From Polyangia bacterium (GTDB lineage: Bacteria; Myxococcota_A; Polyangia; JAAYKL01), in NCBI GenBank assembly GCA_050304755.1, contig JBNLED010000252.1, positions 2,210-66,209 of the forward strand: a DNA stretch of 64,000 bases, in the 5' to 3' direction. Positions 62,460 to 64,000 of this stretch are shown here, piece after piece (the first letter of the stretch is position 1; every line of letters begins with the position of its first letter). The notes beneath the pieces were generated by a model, which did no database searches, was not told where the DNA came from, and saw nothing but the letters and a program-made list of their open reading frames with translations. The translations under genes were made by a program, and so were the position numbers.

Positions 62460-64000
62460 ATGCCCTTTTCCCGCCGGCCGGTCATCGCGATTGTCTCCTG
62501 TCTCGCCCTCGTGAGCTGCGGCGAGTCCCGGGAGGCCCCCCCAAAACCCACGGCGCCCGCCGTTGGAGAGGCCCCCCCCTCCCGGTCATCGGCTCCCGCC
62601 GCTTCGAGCGGGGTGAGGCGGATCGGTGATGTGGGGGAGATCGCGGTTTCGATACCGGATCTCAAGGGACTGTCCGCCAAGGAAAAGCAGCGACTGCTGA
62701 AGGGGCATGCCGCCGCGGCGGCGGCGGATACGATACGCCTCGCGCGGCTCGGGCCGGTGGGCCTGCGGACCTGGCGGATCCTCCGCGGGATCCTCGAGGC
62801 CGGAGAGGCGATTCCCTCGGAGATCCGCGAGAAGATCGCGCCCTACGCCGAACGCTTCATGCTCCATCGCGGTCCGTTCGACGCGTGGACCGGAGAGAAG
62901 CTCCGTCCCACCTTCATCCCCGGCGAGCTGGCGGCGGCCGCGCAGATCGCCATTCAGCGGGGCATCGACCTCGGGGAGCAGGACTACCGGGAGGCCGATC
63001 TGGGGGCGAACGAGCTGGAGCATCTCGAGGCCTTCCTCAACTCCGTGCGGCCCTTCATCTTCCGACAAGGCGGTGAAGGCGGCGCGGCCGAGGACAGCGA
63101 TTCCGATTCCGACACGGCCTCGGGGGCAGATCCATCACCGCCGTCGTCGTCGGTACCGGAGTTGCCGTTGCCGAAGACCGAAAAACTGCTCGATGTCCAG
63201 ACCGCGGTGAGCGCCTACCGGCAGACCGGGGATCGGGCGCCCCTGGAGCGGTACGCGGCGCAGTGGCTCAAGAGCGACGATCCGGTGGAGATCCTGGCGG
63301 GGTTCGTCCTGGGACCGAGATCACCGGATCCGGATCTTGACCGCGCCGCCTTCGGCGCCTTCGTGGCGGTGCGGGACGACGACCGCTCGCCTATGGTCCG
63401 AAAGGTGGCGGAGGAGGCCCCCTACTATGAGTACCGGCTGCCGGGCAATGCCATGTTCCGTCGACCGCGCAAGACCATTCCCATCCCCGACGCCGGCGCT
63501 TACAACCTCGTCGGCGCCTTCGGGGCCATGGGACCACGGACGGCGCCGGTCTTCGCCTATCCGTATCCCGCCTTCGCCTCGGGAACCGCGGGGCAGCGGA
63601 CCCTGATTTTCTCCAACCTCCTGGACGCGGAGGCGGAGGTGTTCGGCAAGCAGCGGATCCGCGCGTTCTCCGCCACGGAGGAGATCGGGTTCCGGCGGGA
63701 GAAGTGGCAGGCCACGGGGCGCACCGCCTTCCTGATGCTCAAGCACGTGATCGGATTCCAGGCGGGCGCCCGGCCCAAGACGGCGGCCCCCGGGACCCCC
63801 CACGGCGCGGTGCTCTCCCGGGATGCGGCGGTGCTTGCGGCGCTCCACGCCGATCTGGTGGCCCTGTACCTGGCGTTCGATCCCAAAACCGAGGCCATCG
63901 GGCTCGTCCCCGAGCCGGAGTGCGCCCAGGCGATCTATGACGAATACGTCAGCCGTTTCCAGGAGCAGGCGGTGCCGGTCCTTCCGGCCGGGATTTTGCC
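62460..64000 (+). CDS. Lipoprotein, dipeptidyl-peptidase III (M49)-like, catalytic motifs degenerate; runs off window end
   Basis: Manually translated open frame from ATG 62460, absent from the ORF track because it has no stop in the window; lipobox LVSC; EKLRPTF, YYEYRLP, ADLVALY. Confidence 0.7.
   Translation, partial: MPFSRRPVIAIVSCLALVSCGESREAPPKPTAPAVGEAPPSRSSAPAASSGVRRIGDVGEIAVSIPDLKGLSAKEKQRLLKGHAAAAAADTIRLARLGPVGLRTWRILRGILEAGEAIPSEIREKIAPYAERFMLHRGPFDAWTGEKLRPTFIPGELAAAAQIAIQRGIDLGEQDYREADLGANELEHLEAFLNSVRPFIFRQGGEGGAAEDSDSDSDTASGADPSPPSSSVPELPLPKTEKLLDVQTAVSAYRQTGDRAPLERYAAQWLKSDDPVEILAGFVLGPRSPDPDLDRAAFGAFVAVRDDDRSPMVRKVAEEAPYYEYRLPGNAMFRRPRKTIPIPDAGAYNLVGAFGAMGPRTAPVFAYPYPAFASGTAGQRTLIFSNLLDAEAEVFGKQRIRAFSATEEIGFRREKWQATGRTAFLMLKHVIGFQAGARPKTAAPGTPHGAVLSRDAAVLAALHADLVALYLAFDPKTEAIGLVPEPECAQAIYDEYVSRFQEQAVPVLPAGIL

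Overview
GC-rich bacterial chromosomal window with a Myxococcota/Deltaproteobacteria-like gene inventory. It has several Hanks-type Ser/Thr kinases, sigma54 activators, a MYXO-CTERM-like sorting tail and Asp/Thr-repeat lipoproteins; the taxonomy is inferred from gene content only. 1-11 kb is a partly decayed carbohydrate-utilisation region: GH2, a GH5 pseudogene, GH16, GH31 and a 190-bp MITE. Embedded in it is a radical SAM/SPASM gene tightly coupled to a Pro-rich lipoprotein-like putative substrate. 11-28 kb holds a RelA/SpoT-domain+TPR gene, a hairpin-rich intergenic region, a glycosyltransferase cluster and a DUF4159/VWA pair. It also holds a 2.5-kb integrase-less island bounded by a 57-bp duplication of a CDS 3' end, carrying an HD-domain gene between a second, nested 32-bp direct repeat. 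29-56 kb is signalling-rich: a giant kinase-ATPase-TPR-GAF-sigma54 activator, an NtrC-family regulator, an AgmX/PglI-like-YfbK fusion, htpG, three membrane kinases, TPR and Cys-rich partners, and a REC-FHA-GGDEF protein. The window ends with an FAD oxidoreductase, an SGNH protein, nadB and an apparently catalytically dead dipeptidyl-peptidase III homologue. No CRISPR array, rRNA or tRNA was recognised. All family calls come from motif recognition by eye; no database searches were run.
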